In this document: positions 1 to 9,310 of the stretch, in pieces
Layout of the letters: each line of letters begins with the position of its first letter
Numbering within the stretch: position 1 is the stretch's first letter
Source of the DNA: Methanosarcina sp.
GTDB lineage: Archaea; Halobacteriota; Methanosarcinia; Methanosarcinales; Methanosarcinaceae
Reading direction: 5' to 3'
Assembly (NCBI GenBank): GCA_013331265.1
Contig: DUGS01000159.1
Span: 27,988 to 67,008 of the forward strand
DNA length: 39,021 nt
Notes under the pieces: generated by a model
The model's input: only the letters and a program-made list of their open reading frames with translations
Database searches by the model: none
Told to the model about the DNA's origin: nothing
Made by a program: the position numbers and the translations under genes

Positions 1-203
1 CTAAAAAGTAAAAGAAAAAAGGAAAGCGAAAGGAGAAATCAGTCTTTCGCATCCGTCATATTTATTCAATTTTTTCTGAATTTTTTAAGTATCTAACTTT
101 TGCAGGTCAGATTTTATTCAAATATAACTATTTTCCAAACCCATTTATTAAATCCAACTTTTTTTCAAATCAAACCTTTTTCTTAACCGATTTTTGAATA
201 CTC

Positions 204-2306
204 TTAGAGAGCCTGTATTGATTCAGAGTTTCTGGAGAAAACATTTCTCTTTCTGTCATCCTCAGAATCGATTGAGTTTTTAGCCTCAACTTCCTCCTCG
301 AATTCCGCAGCGCATTCATCAGGGCTTTTCCTTGTGGACTGCCCGGGGACTTTCCTTTGAAGTACAACCTTTCCACCTGTTCCGATACCATACCTTTTCT
401 TTGCAGCCCCGATAATTGCTGCAAGCATACCGGAATAAGAGATATTTGCATAAGCCGACATCTTAGCAAGATGCCCGTCCCAGCACCATCCAGGGTTAGG
501 ATTTACCTCAAGAAGCCTTGGCCTGCCTTCAGCGTCAAGTCTCCAGTCAAAGCGTGCATAGTCGCGGCAGCCCAGCCTTGTAAAGAGAGAAAGGCAGCTT
601 TTCACGATTTCTTTTTCTATATTCTCAGGAAGCCCCGCGGGCACGGATTTAATCTTCCAGTACGGAGAGTCAGGGAGCCATTTAGCCTCATATCCACATA
701 TCCTGGGAAGTTCTTCGGGGACTGCGGAGTAATCTTCTTCTGTGATAGGCAGTACAGTACAGGCAGGCGGATTTCCGATTATGCCAACACTGATGTCTTT
801 ACCCGGAAGGAATTCCTCTAGCAGGAAAGGCTTATTTGTCCCTATTTTTTCCCGCGTTTCCTTAATGATATCTAATAACTCTTCCCTGCTGTGAACCATG
901 CTTTTCTGAGTGATCCCGAAACTTGAATCCCCGGAATTGGGTTTTACGATCAGGGGGAAAGAGAGAGCAAGCTTTGAAATATCAGAATCGTCGGTAACAA
1001 AAATTCCCTTTGCCACAGGAATCTGCATTTCACGGGCTACACCCCTCACAAGAGATTTATCATAGCAGTAGGCAAGGCATTGGGGACCTGCGCCCGTGTA
1101 AGGGATGTTAAGCTGCTCAAGCATGGCAGGAACATGTAACTCTTTTGTAGGGTCGTTGTAAAAACCTTCATCACAGAGGTTGAGTACAAGGTCAGTTTTT
1201 CCTGCTTTCTTTCTAAGGTCTTCGAAAAGAGTTTCGTGCCTGTCAAGGAAGGTGAATTTCATGTAAGGAATTTCGGCAAGAGCCTTCTTCATCCTGTTAA
1301 CAGTTTCGAAATCATCCTCGTCAAATACACAGGCAGGTTTGACCTGGTCTTCCTTTTTCGGGTCTCCAAGCACTACGACAACATTAAGGGGTTTTTTACC
1401 TTCAGCACCAGAAGCTATAGACGGCTCAACTTTCTCAACCGTAGCTGAAAGAAGAACCCTCTGTTCCATCATTCCTGCGTCCTGAGTTCCTGTTGATACA
1501 GGGCTGAAGGTTGTGTGAAATGTAGGGCTGCTAAAACCTGATGCTGTAAGCAGTTCAAAAAGACTTTCCCTGTTGTACAGTCTTTCAGCGTAAAACTGGT
1601 CTGCAATAATTCCTCTGTCAATACGGCATATAACCTCCCTGCAGATCAGACGTTCACCATCGGATGAAAGGGCTCTTTCCCTGCATACAAAATATTTCCT
1701 GTCCAGCCATTCCCATGACCTTGGCTGGAAATTCTTTTTCAGATAATCCCCATCTGAGGCGTCAATATAGACCCTCCCCCCCGGCTTCAATACTCTAAAA
1801 ACTTCTTCAAGCACCTTCCGGTCTTGCAGAGTGGAATCAAAGTATCCAAAGCTATTTCCGAGAATGGTAACTACAGAGAAAGTGTCAGATGGATAAGGCA
1901 GTTTTCTTGCATCCCCTTCCCTGAACCTGACCTGCAGGTTTTCCTTCTGAGCTCTTGTTCTTGCTTTTCGGATGAGGTACTGGGATCGATCATAGCCTTC
2001 AACGTTTGAAAATCCTCTCCTTGCCAGTTCCAGGACATGCCTGCCCTGCCCGCAGCAAAGGTCAAGAACCGAATCTTCAGAGTCGAGTCCAAGGATAGAG
2101 ACAATAAGGTCTGTCTCTTTCTTTGTAACTTCCAGATCATCCAGAAGGTCGGCATCTGTCTTGAGATAGAGAGAATTAAAAAGGGTCTGCCACCAGTCGG
2201 ACCGGACATGTGTTTCAAGGTCTTCAACAGGCCCGAAGGTTTTCGTCTGTACGGTACCTTTAGCGCGTTTGCGCCTGGTATTTGAATCGGTAGTATTCTG
2301 GGTCAT
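204..2306 (-). CDS. Class I SAM-dependent methyltransferase fused to a D-Ala-D-Ala ligase-like ATP-grasp domain
   Basis: 700 aa ORF. N-half has SAM motif VLDLCCGQGRH and LKPGG; C-half has Ddl-type motifs IPYTG, DK, PLIVKP..GDSSFGI, EEFLPG, YEAKW, RFDWR, LEVNPNPG. Confidence 0.9.
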   Translation of the reverse strand: MTQNTTDSNTRRKRAKGTVQTKTFGPVEDLETHVRSDWWQTLFNSLYLKTDADLLDDLEVTKKETDLIVSILGLDSEDSVLDLCCGQGRHVLELARRGFSNVEGYDRSQYLIRKARTRAQKENLQVRFREGDARKLPYPSDTFSVVTILGNSFGYFDSTLQDRKVLEEVFRVLKPGGRVYIDASDGDYLKKNFQPRSWEWLDRKYFVCRERALSSDGERLICREVICRIDRGIIADQFYAERLYNRESLFELLTASGFSSPTFHTTFSPVSTGTQDAGMMEQRVLLSATVEKVEPSIASGAEGKKPLNVVVVLGDPKKEDQVKPACVFDEDDFETVNRMKKALAEIPYMKFTFLDRHETLFEDLRKKAGKTDLVLNLCDEGFYNDPTKELHVPAMLEQLNIPYTGAGPQCLAYCYDKSLVRGVAREMQIPVAKGIFVTDDSDISKLALSFPLIVKPNSGDSSFGITQKSMVHSREELLDIIKETREKIGTNKPFLLEEFLPGKDISVGIIGNPPACTVLPITEEDYSAVPEELPRICGYEAKWLPDSPYWKIKSVPAGLPENIEKEIVKSCLSLFTRLGCRDYARFDWRLDAEGRPRLLEVNPNPGWCWDGHLAKMSAYANISYSGMLAAIIGAAKKRYGIGTGGKVVLQRKVPGQSTRKSPDECAAEFEEEVEAKNSIDSEDDRKRNVFSRNSESIQAL

Positions 2307-2496
2307 GATTTGATATCTTCCCGAAAAAAGTGTATGTGCTCTCAGTATATCAAGTTTATCGGAGGGTTGGGAAGTATTTATATACTTGAGGGTTAACCAG
2401 AAAAATTTGTTAAAGGATTAATAGGAATTAAAACGGTATTTTCAGTTAGAATGAATCTTTTAACTCCATTTAAAGAAATATTTTTGCTTATAACCT

Positions 2497-3771
2497 TTAT
2501 AAGAATATAAAGTAAATAATAGCATCTAAAACACAAATTAAGATACCAATCTGAGCAAATTCTACAAAAGAGAAAGTTTCACCCTCTTTTTCAGCGTTCT
2601 GAAGAATAATAACGTTGCTTGCAGCCCCCAGGATCAAAAGATTCCCTGCAATTGTACTTCCAGCAGCGAGAGCCATTAATTGCTCCTGGGAAACTCCACC
2701 TCCCATTGCAGGGAGATAGAGCGCAACAAAGGGAACATTAGAAATAAGCTGACTGAGTATAATGCTGAGAGTGAGGATAGCAGGAACCGAGCCTAACTGC
2801 GGAGACATCCTGCTGAGGAGTTCCTGGCAGGTCCCGGAAATCCAGACACTTCCCATTAACACGAACATCGAAACAAAGAAGACCAGAGTTGTCCAATCAA
2901 TATTCTTTACAACCTCAGTCCGCCTTTTGCTGAGCAATATGGGAGAAGCTGAGATCAGGGCAATCCAGCTCAAATTGAAATCCCAGGCAGGTAAAAACTC
3001 TACCAGAAGAATTTTACATGTGATAAGAACCAGCATAAGGAACAGAGCCTTTTTTGATAGATCTGCAAGTTCAGGGTCTGAAATAACCTCTTCGGAATGG
3101 ACCAGAGCCGGTTTCCCGAATTCCTGACTGAAAAAAAGTTTAAGAACGGCATAAACAAGTATAAGATTTATGATAGTTGGCAGAGCCAGGGAACTTAAAA
3201 AAGTCACAAACGGGGATTCAAGGTTTCCATCAATTGCGATCAGGAGGTTCTGAGGGTTTCCTATGGGACTCATGACACTCCCTGTAGTTATTCCGAAGGC
3301 CAGGGCAAAGAGCATGAGTTTGGGAGATACACCGTATTTCCGTGAAAAACGAAGAACCAGCGGGGTACCCATAATAGCAAGGGTATCATTCATAAGGACT
3401 GCAGAGAGGAGCCCTGTAGAAAAAATTACAAGCAAAACAAGCTGGTCCGTGTTTTTCGCCCTTGAAACTATCTGGCTTCCAAGACAGGCTAGATACCCAC
3501 TCCTGTTAAGTGCTTCACCCACGCAAAAAGCCCCGAAAAGAAAAAGGAGCACATCAATGTTAATTGCCCTGAGAGCTTCTTCAGGTGAAATTTCTCCGAG
3601 CAGCAGCACAGCCAGAGCTCCCAGGGTCATAACCTGCCAGATCTGCAGCCTCAAAGACCCTACCTGCCTGAGAGCGGTAAGCAGGAGGACACAAAGGAGG
3701 ACAATAACAGAAAGGTCAGGAGAAGATAAAAAAGAGGATATAAAAGAGGGTACAAAAGACTCTGCTGCCAT
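2497..3771 (-). CDS. ArsB/NhaD (ion transporter superfamily) anion permease
   Basis: Highly hydrophobic; motifs LMND, SPIGNPQN, ISNVP, GNLLILGAASN. ATG at 3771 preferred over the ORF-track start at 3810. Confidence 0.85.
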   Translation of the reverse strand: MAAESFVPSFISSFLSSPDLSVIVLLCVLLLTALRQVGSLRLQIWQVMTLGALAVLLLGEISPEEALRAINIDVLLFLFGAFCVGEALNRSGYLACLGSQIVSRAKNTDQLVLLVIFSTGLLSAVLMNDTLAIMGTPLVLRFSRKYGVSPKLMLFALAFGITTGSVMSPIGNPQNLLIAIDGNLESPFVTFLSSLALPTIINLILVYAVLKLFFSQEFGKPALVHSEEVISDPELADLSKKALFLMLVLITCKILLVEFLPAWDFNLSWIALISASPILLSKRRTEVVKNIDWTTLVFFVSMFVLMGSVWISGTCQELLSRMSPQLGSVPAILTLSIILSQLISNVPFVALYLPAMGGGVSQEQLMALAAGSTIAGNLLILGAASNVIILQNAEKEGETFSFVEFAQIGILICVLDAIIYFIFL

Positions 3772-3944
3772 AAATTCCGCAAGCCTGCTAACATTAATTT
3801 GGAGATTCAATTAATATAAACTTTGAAAGTGATATATTTACAGGTATAAAATTCCTGCGCCTGCAAATACAGTTTCCAGAAAAACGACATGTGAGAGTAC
3901 AGGAATACGAAATATTTTAAACGGACTAAACAATATTCCAGGAT

Positions 3945-4136
3945 ATGACTATATGGTTTCCTTTTTCTGCGACCATCATGAAGGAAGAAAATATCTTTGT
4001 TTCAATATGCCCGGAAGCGGACTTAATTTGTAAGGGGAAAACTGTCGAAGAAGCCGTTGCAAATCTGAAAAAAGAGGTTGAAAAATTCCTGGGAGAAGAA
4101 CTGTCTCAAGGCTTTTCGAGAATAGTGTATTATTAA
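3945..4136 (+). CDS. HicB-like (UPF0150) small protein
   Basis: 63 aa with CPE...CKGKTVEEAVANLK, matching the HicB N-terminal GxTxEEA motif; no DNA-binding tail. Confidence 0.75.
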   Translation: MTIWFPFSATIMKEENIFVSICPEADLICKGKTVEEAVANLKKEVEKFLGEELSQGFSRIVYY

Positions 4137-4260
4137 GAAACATTAAGAAACTCTTTGTCATTAAGCTTCAAAATTACCCGGTTTCTGACAAATATCCGCT
4201 AATATTCCCTCACATCTTATTAGAATTGATATTTAAAAAAAGCAAAACCCACCTGAAAGT

Positions 4261-4365
4261 CCGGAAGGGGGTAATTCAGAAAGGTAGAACTGTCGAAGAA
4301 GCCGTTGAAATCTGAAAAAAGAGATAGTAAAATCTCTGGGAGAAGAATTTCCCCAGAGAATTTTC
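4261..4365 (+). pseudogene. Decayed partial duplicate of the upstream HicB-like gene
   Basis: 4288-4348 (aactgtcgaagaagccgttg-aaatctgaaaaaagag...ctgggagaagaa) copies 4040-4100 with a 1-nt deletion; upstream ccggaag also shared. Confidence 0.7.
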
Positions 4366-4413
4366 AAAAAAGAAAGAATCCTGATTTACAGAGAATATGA
4401 GAAAAACAATTTT

Positions 4414-4698
4414 TTACTCGATTGTTTCTATTTTTTCTTTCTTGACAAAGGGTTTACTAATTTTATCTGGCATCCATTCAGGTTTGTTTTTGGGGGCTGC
4501 AACAACCTGCTTCCAGGCCTTAAAAACATGAACCTTCTTTGTCCCGCGTTCCCTGAGGCGGATGATATCAGGTTTGGATTTAGTTCCTTTTCCCCGGTTT
4601 GCAACTTTCAAGGCAGCCTGTCTGGGCTGTTTTCCAGTGAAAACTCCGTGCTCATTGCCATCTACATCTCGTAGAACAAAATTTCGTGTGTCAGACAT
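4414..4698 (-). CDS. Non-histone chromosomal protein MC1
   Basis: MSDTRNFVLRD..GNEHGVFTGKQPRQAALK...IRLRERGTKKVHVF...KPFVKK is the Methanosarcina MC1 signature; start placed at MSDTR. Confidence 0.95.
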   Translation of the reverse strand: MSDTRNFVLRDVDGNEHGVFTGKQPRQAALKVANRGKGTKSKPDIIRLRERGTKKVHVFKAWKQVVAAPKNKPEWMPDKISKPFVKKEKIETIE

Positions 4699-5057
4699 AA
4701 GGGTCATCTCTCAAAATATATTACTAGAGAATGATAAGTTAAAAGTATATATAATTTTCTTATAATGTTGCCAATTGTTGTTGCTTTATTTTAGACAAAT
4801 GCCCTGGAACTTGCTGAGGGGACAAAAACTACCCTAAACTTAGAAAACTGAATAAAAACTGCATTAATTTACAAGAATTTTGGGGTTAAACCTGCGCGGA
4901 TACAAAAAGATTGAGATTTCGAAAAAAGGAAAAAAATCAAAGCTTTTATTGGTTTCCGGGGGACAGTTAAATATACACCTGCCTGGAGAAGAAAATAACC
5001 AGCTGCGAAATAATTAGTTACGATATATTTAACACAAACACTGGAGTATTACAAATA

Positions 5058-5297
5058 ATGACAAAGATGTTTACATTTTCTGCGAGGGTGCAAAAGAAGA
5101 ATGGGCTGTATACATCTTCATGCCTGGAACTGGATGTCTCTAGCCAGGGAAAAACGATTGAAGAAGCGGTTTCGAACCTGAAAGAAGCAGTTGAGCTCTA
5201 TATTGAAAAAGAGGGGCTCACCCTTCCAATAAAACGCCCTTTTTTGACCAGATTTAAAGTAGCAGGAAAAGAACCAGAAGAGAAAAAACCTCAGTAA
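5058..5297 (+). CDS. HicB-like (UPF0150) small protein
   Basis: 79 aa with CLELDVSSQGKTIEEAVSNLKEAVELY, typical of the HicB N-terminal domain. Confidence 0.85.
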   Translation: MTKMFTFSARVQKKNGLYTSSCLELDVSSQGKTIEEAVSNLKEAVELYIEKEGLTLPIKRPFLTRFKVAGKEPEEKKPQ

Positions 5298-5459
5298 AGA
5301 AACGTTATTAGAAGAACCTCAGAAATGCTATAATCCTTTTTTTACTGTGCCCCAGCAGAAGCCCTGAAGATATGCGCCCCAAAGTGGTTCTTTTTGTCTA
5401 ACCAACTTCACTTTCTAATTCCAAAATTGGAAAAAAGCCAGTAGAAAGGAGAAAAAGTT

Positions 5460-5628
5460 GTAAGAAAAAGCCTGGAGGCACTGCACATATTCACTGTGTC
5501 CCCCAACACAGCCCCCTCAAATATTATGCTCCCCCAAGCATATTGATTTGAAGAGAGAACCAGCAGTCTCCAGGCGGCTTTTCGGTGGTAGATTATGCTT
5601 GTTTACCCCATCTTGCTTCCCAACTGCA
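5460..5628 (-). ncRNA. Putative structured small RNA, copy A (UGGGGG-loop hairpins)
   Basis: Closing stem 5470-5484/5563-5575; inner hairpins 5494-5511 and 5525-5542, both with UGGGGG loops; U-rich tail; TATA-like element at 5653-5666. Ends are estimated. Confidence 0.65.
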
Positions 5629-5824
5629 ATATATAGTAATAAGATACATTATTTTAAATTAATTATGCCAAAAATTGATCAATAGCAAATAATATTATTG
5701 TGCTAAAAGTTTCAAAGCTAACATAAATTATGTACTGGTTTTAATTTTTAACCAGAAACAAAATAACCTCCTACCCTAATGAATAGCCAGAAGTCAATCA
5801 AGAATAGGCATAAAGCATTCACAA

Positions 5825-5876
5825 GTGAACTACTCCTCCGTGTAGGCTTGATAGCCGCCGAGGAAGGATTCCTCTT
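5825..5876. mobile_element. IS200/IS605-type terminal palindrome remnant
   Basis: gtgaactactcctcc...hairpin...gaggaagg, with the same start motif as 24386 and 38928. Confidence 0.5.
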
Positions 5877-5982
5877 GCCTTATCGAGATAGAAGAAAAAA
5901 GTACTGAAAATATAGAGAAGACGAAACGACGCTGATCATAAATTAATTAAAAATTAGAAAAAGCTATAAATAGGATGCTTGA

Positions 5983-6153
5983 GCAAGAAGAAGCCCGGTG
6001 TCACCTTCATCCCTTACCGCGTCCCCCAACACAGCCGCTCTGAAAAATGTTCCCATCAAACATATTCCAGAGCAGGAACAGGTAACTCCGGGCAATTCTT
6101 TCACAATCCGCTAAAACTTCGCTATTCGGTCATACCTATCTCTTCCAACTCCA
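5983..6153 (-). ncRNA. Putative structured small RNA, copy B
   Basis: Closing stem 5993-6006/6080-6093; hairpins 6017-6034 (UGGGGG loop) and 6037-6073 (UGAUGGG loop); G-U pairs work only on the minus strand; promoter shared with copy A. Confidence 0.65.
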
Positions 6154-6359
6154 TCATATACTAATAATGTAAAATACTTTAAATTAATTATACGAAAAAT
6201 TTATTTCAAACAAAAAATATTGCCATACAAAAAGTTTCAAAGCCATTATACGACTTTTAATATAACTTAATATTCAACCTTAAACTCTCACAAAAAAGTC
6301 CAGAGATGGCACAAAAATTAAGTACATGAATTAATCTATAAGTAAAAGCTTTCATATGC

Positions 6360-6432
6360 AGTCCTGTAGGGTAGTGGTCAATCCTTCGGGCCTTTGGAGC
6401 CCGGGACAGCGGTTCGAATCCGCTCAGGACTA
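6360..6432 (+). tRNA. tRNA-Gln(UUG)
   Basis: Acceptor stem AGTCCTG/CAGGACT (A1-U72, typical of archaeal tRNA-Gln), anticodon arm CGGGC-CT-TTG-GA-GCCCG, T-arm GGTTCGAATCC; CCA not encoded. Confidence 0.96.
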
Positions 6433-6508
6433 TAATCACTATTTTAAGTTCTATTTTTATAATTAATGTAGCTGAAATGTCTTAAGGCAAACAAAAACAA
6501 ATGTTTTC

Positions 6509-6549
6509 AATCCTGGGAGTACATCAAGAATCCTGGGAGTACCATCAAG
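6509..6549. repeat. 20/21-bp tandem duplication
   Basis: aatcctgggagtacatcaag followed by aatcctgggagtaccatcaag. Confidence 0.85.
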
Positions 6550-6677
6550 TTCTATTTTGATTTTCTATTTTCGCCCGCTACATATCAGAGCATCTTAAAG
6601 AATGCTTATTGCAACATTCAACAGGTAAACTATTTTAAGATATGAACGATATAGTTTAACTCATTTGGGGATGCAAA

Positions 6678-8036
6678 ATGGAAAAAAAAGTACAGACTAA
6701 CAGATGGGGAAGCAGAAAAAAAATAATAATTTCCAGCGTAACTTTGATTCTTTTAATAGCAATTATAATTTTCTTCCTATCAGGTTTACCATTTGGGAGA
6801 GTAGTTTATGTAACTACCAACGGCAGTGGGGATTTCAACTGTGATGGTGTCGATGATCAGGTCGAAATAAATAAAGCTCTTGCTTACGTGGCAGAAAACC
6901 CTCTGTATACAACTGTTCACCTGAAAGGGAATGCTACATACATAATATCAGATAGTATTCTTATTGGAAGTAATACCGTCCTGGAGGGAGATTCCACAGC
7001 CGTAATCAAGCTTGAAGATAAATCAGACTGGCCGGAATACAAGCCTATAATTACGCAGATGGACAGCTCTGGAAATCATGATATAACCATAAGGGGGTTT
7101 GAGATAGACGGAAACCATGATGGTAATTCAGAAAAGAAGAGAGGCGCAGGATATCATAATCTGATTCATCTCCTTGATTCCGAAAATATACAGGTGCATG
7201 GTCTGTACATGCACGACAGCCACGGAGATGGACTGAAAGTTACAAGATGTTCAAACATTCAGTTTTACAACAACAAAGTGTACAGGTTAGGCCATGATGC
7301 CCTCTATGTTATCTATTCTTCAAATGTGGAAGCCTGGGACAATAGAATAACGTGCAGAACAAACAGCGGCTTGAGGGTTTACAACTCAAACCATGTAAAG
7401 TTTTACAACAACACAATTAACTCCGAAGGGGAAGGAGGAGCAGGGATTCAGGTCCAGAAAGATGGCTCGTCATTCATCATGGATGATATTGAAATCTTCA
7501 ATAATCTGTTATATGAAACCAATGCTGCAGGCATCTGGATTACAGGTTACGGGTCCAAATATTCTAAAGACACTGCAAAAGATATATACATCCATAATAA
7601 CAGGTTTTACAAAGCCGGCACCAATCAGGGTGCTGATTGGGCAGGAGGCATAACGCTCAATGGGTTCCAGAATACCCTCATAGAAAACAATCTATTCGAC
7701 GGGTGTTATGGTGCAGCCATTGCCCACAAAAGAGTTATGGCATTTTCGGCTCCTGAGTCAGGGTACACGACTATTGTAAAAAACAATATAATAATTAATA
7801 CACAGCCCAGCCGTACAGCCGGAAAAGGATATGCCATATTAAATAAGTTGAACAACACCCATTCATTTATCCTGGAAAACAACTGCCTTTCAAACAACGC
7901 CGCTGGAAATTACTTATATGCAAATTCCACATCCGATGTTAACGTCGATAAAGGGCATGTCGAACAGGTGGCCAATAATGAGTCCATGAAAAAAGAATTT
8001 CCATGGAGTGAAGCATTGTCTGCAGGGCCACAGTGA
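6678..8036 (+). CDS. Membrane-anchored or secreted right-handed parallel beta-helix protein (pectate lyase-like, disaggregatase-related)
   Basis: Basic N-terminus plus hydrophobic anchor; GDFNCDGVDDQVEINKAL; repeated N-rich beta-helix turns (DSHGDGLKV..SNI..YNN, GHDALY). Confidence 0.8.
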   Translation: MEKKVQTNRWGSRKKIIISSVTLILLIAIIIFFLSGLPFGRVVYVTTNGSGDFNCDGVDDQVEINKALAYVAENPLYTTVHLKGNATYIISDSILIGSNTVLEGDSTAVIKLEDKSDWPEYKPIITQMDSSGNHDITIRGFEIDGNHDGNSEKKRGAGYHNLIHLLDSENIQVHGLYMHDSHGDGLKVTRCSNIQFYNNKVYRLGHDALYVIYSSNVEAWDNRITCRTNSGLRVYNSNHVKFYNNTINSEGEGGAGIQVQKDGSSFIMDDIEIFNNLLYETNAAGIWITGYGSKYSKDTAKDIYIHNNRFYKAGTNQGADWAGGITLNGFQNTLIENNLFDGCYGAAIAHKRVMAFSAPESGYTTIVKNNIIINTQPSRTAGKGYAILNKLNNTHSFILENNCLSNNAAGNYLYANSTSDVNVDKGHVEQVANNESMKKEFPWSEALSAGPQ

Positions 8037-8214
8037 TCTTAATAAAGTCGAATCCCATTAATAAGCAAAAAGTCCTGAATATCTCTTACTTTATCCCCTG
8101 TACAAGGCAATAGCTGCATACTGCTGCAACCCCGTCGCATGCTTTAGACCTTGAAAGGTTCATTGATATTATTATGTCATACACAAGTCCATACATGGCT
8201 GCATAAAAAAATAT

Positions 8215-9006
8215 TTAGCTCCCCAATTCAGCCATTTCTTTTAGTGTTTTTCTTTCCATTATCTTTTCGGAGAGCCGACCAATAACATTGTAAACAGGAT
8301 TAACCGATATATCCACATAATATTTTGCTTTCGGATTGAGCCAGCCTTTTTCTTTCCAATATGCATAATCAGCAGGAGCAGTGTACCCAGGCTTACTAAA
8401 ACTCACTCTTTGAAAATGGAAAGCCAGTACATTTATGAGTCCTGGAGAATGACGTTTTTTAAGAAGGGAATTGTAAAAAACAAGTGCAGCTTTCTCAAGC
8501 TTCTGGTTGTTTTCCTGTTCTTTCTTCATTGAGATCTGTCTTGCAGGAACTACAAGACCAACACTATGAGATACCTCAAAACCCCATGTACCAACTATAA
8601 ATTTGAGGTAATCAAGAACCCTTTTAAGACCCAGCGAGGCTGAGGTAGAGAGAAGAAGAGCTTTTTTATCGAAAAAGCGGGGTCGATGACAGATATAAGA
8701 GAAACGATCTATAAAGGTTTTCATGAGTGCGGAAACATTCATGACATAAACAGGGGTAGCAAAAACCACCCCATCGGCAGAGTGCATTTTCTGCTCAATG
8801 ACCGAAGACTCATCTTTAAACGGGCAGTGATCCTCTCCTTCCATAATACAAGCGTAACAACCGCGGCACTGTGAGAGATTTACATCTTTGAGCATCAAAT
8901 ACTCAAATTCGACATCACCTTTAGACTGCATGAATTCTTCAATCTTCTTTACAGCTCGATATGTGTTACCTTCTCGCGGACTTCCCATGATAACCAGAAT
9001 TTTCAT
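8215..9006 (-). CDS. Flavodoxin-fold iron-sulfur flavoprotein / NADPH-dependent FMN reductase family
   Basis: GSPREGNT FMN-binding loop, CxxCxxCx7C (CRGCYACIMEGEDHC), ATPVY, MKTFIDR. Confidence 0.88.
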   Translation of the reverse strand: MKILVIMGSPREGNTYRAVKKIEEFMQSKGDVEFEYLMLKDVNLSQCRGCYACIMEGEDHCPFKDESSVIEQKMHSADGVVFATPVYVMNVSALMKTFIDRFSYICHRPRFFDKKALLLSTSASLGLKRVLDYLKFIVGTWGFEVSHSVGLVVPARQISMKKEQENNQKLEKAALVFYNSLLKKRHSPGLINVLAFHFQRVSFSKPGYTAPADYAYWKEKGWLNPKAKYYVDISVNPVYNVIGRLSEKIMERKTLKEMAELGS

Positions 9007-9310
9007 GATATCCCCCTTCTATTCACAAAAATAACCGACAGAATAATGCTTGCTTCTGCATCCGAATAATCCCATGACCTTATAAACCTGAAATTTGAAG
9101 AATTAAGATTATAGATATTAATTGTATAATGAAGAACAAATATATGTCCTCTGAACATAGTATAAAAATAGGGCGTTATTTTTAGAAAGGTATTTTTCAA
9201 TAGAAAAATTCCTACCTTTGAATTTAAAATATCGAATCTTTCCTGGGGGTGAAAGAATTACTTCTTAGATATCTGAAGATGCAGGACCTGAGGAACTTGA
9301 AGCCATAGCA

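Noticed and set aside
5979-6164. 61-aa plus-strand ORF over RNA copy B
   Set aside because: No equivalent ORF in paralogous copy A; conservation follows base pairing on the minus strand.
6257-6439. 60-aa minus-strand ORF
   Set aside because: Antisense to tRNA-Gln.
6360-9200. Integrated element at tRNA-Gln
   Set aside because: No integrase and no repeat of the tRNA 3' end seen in the window.
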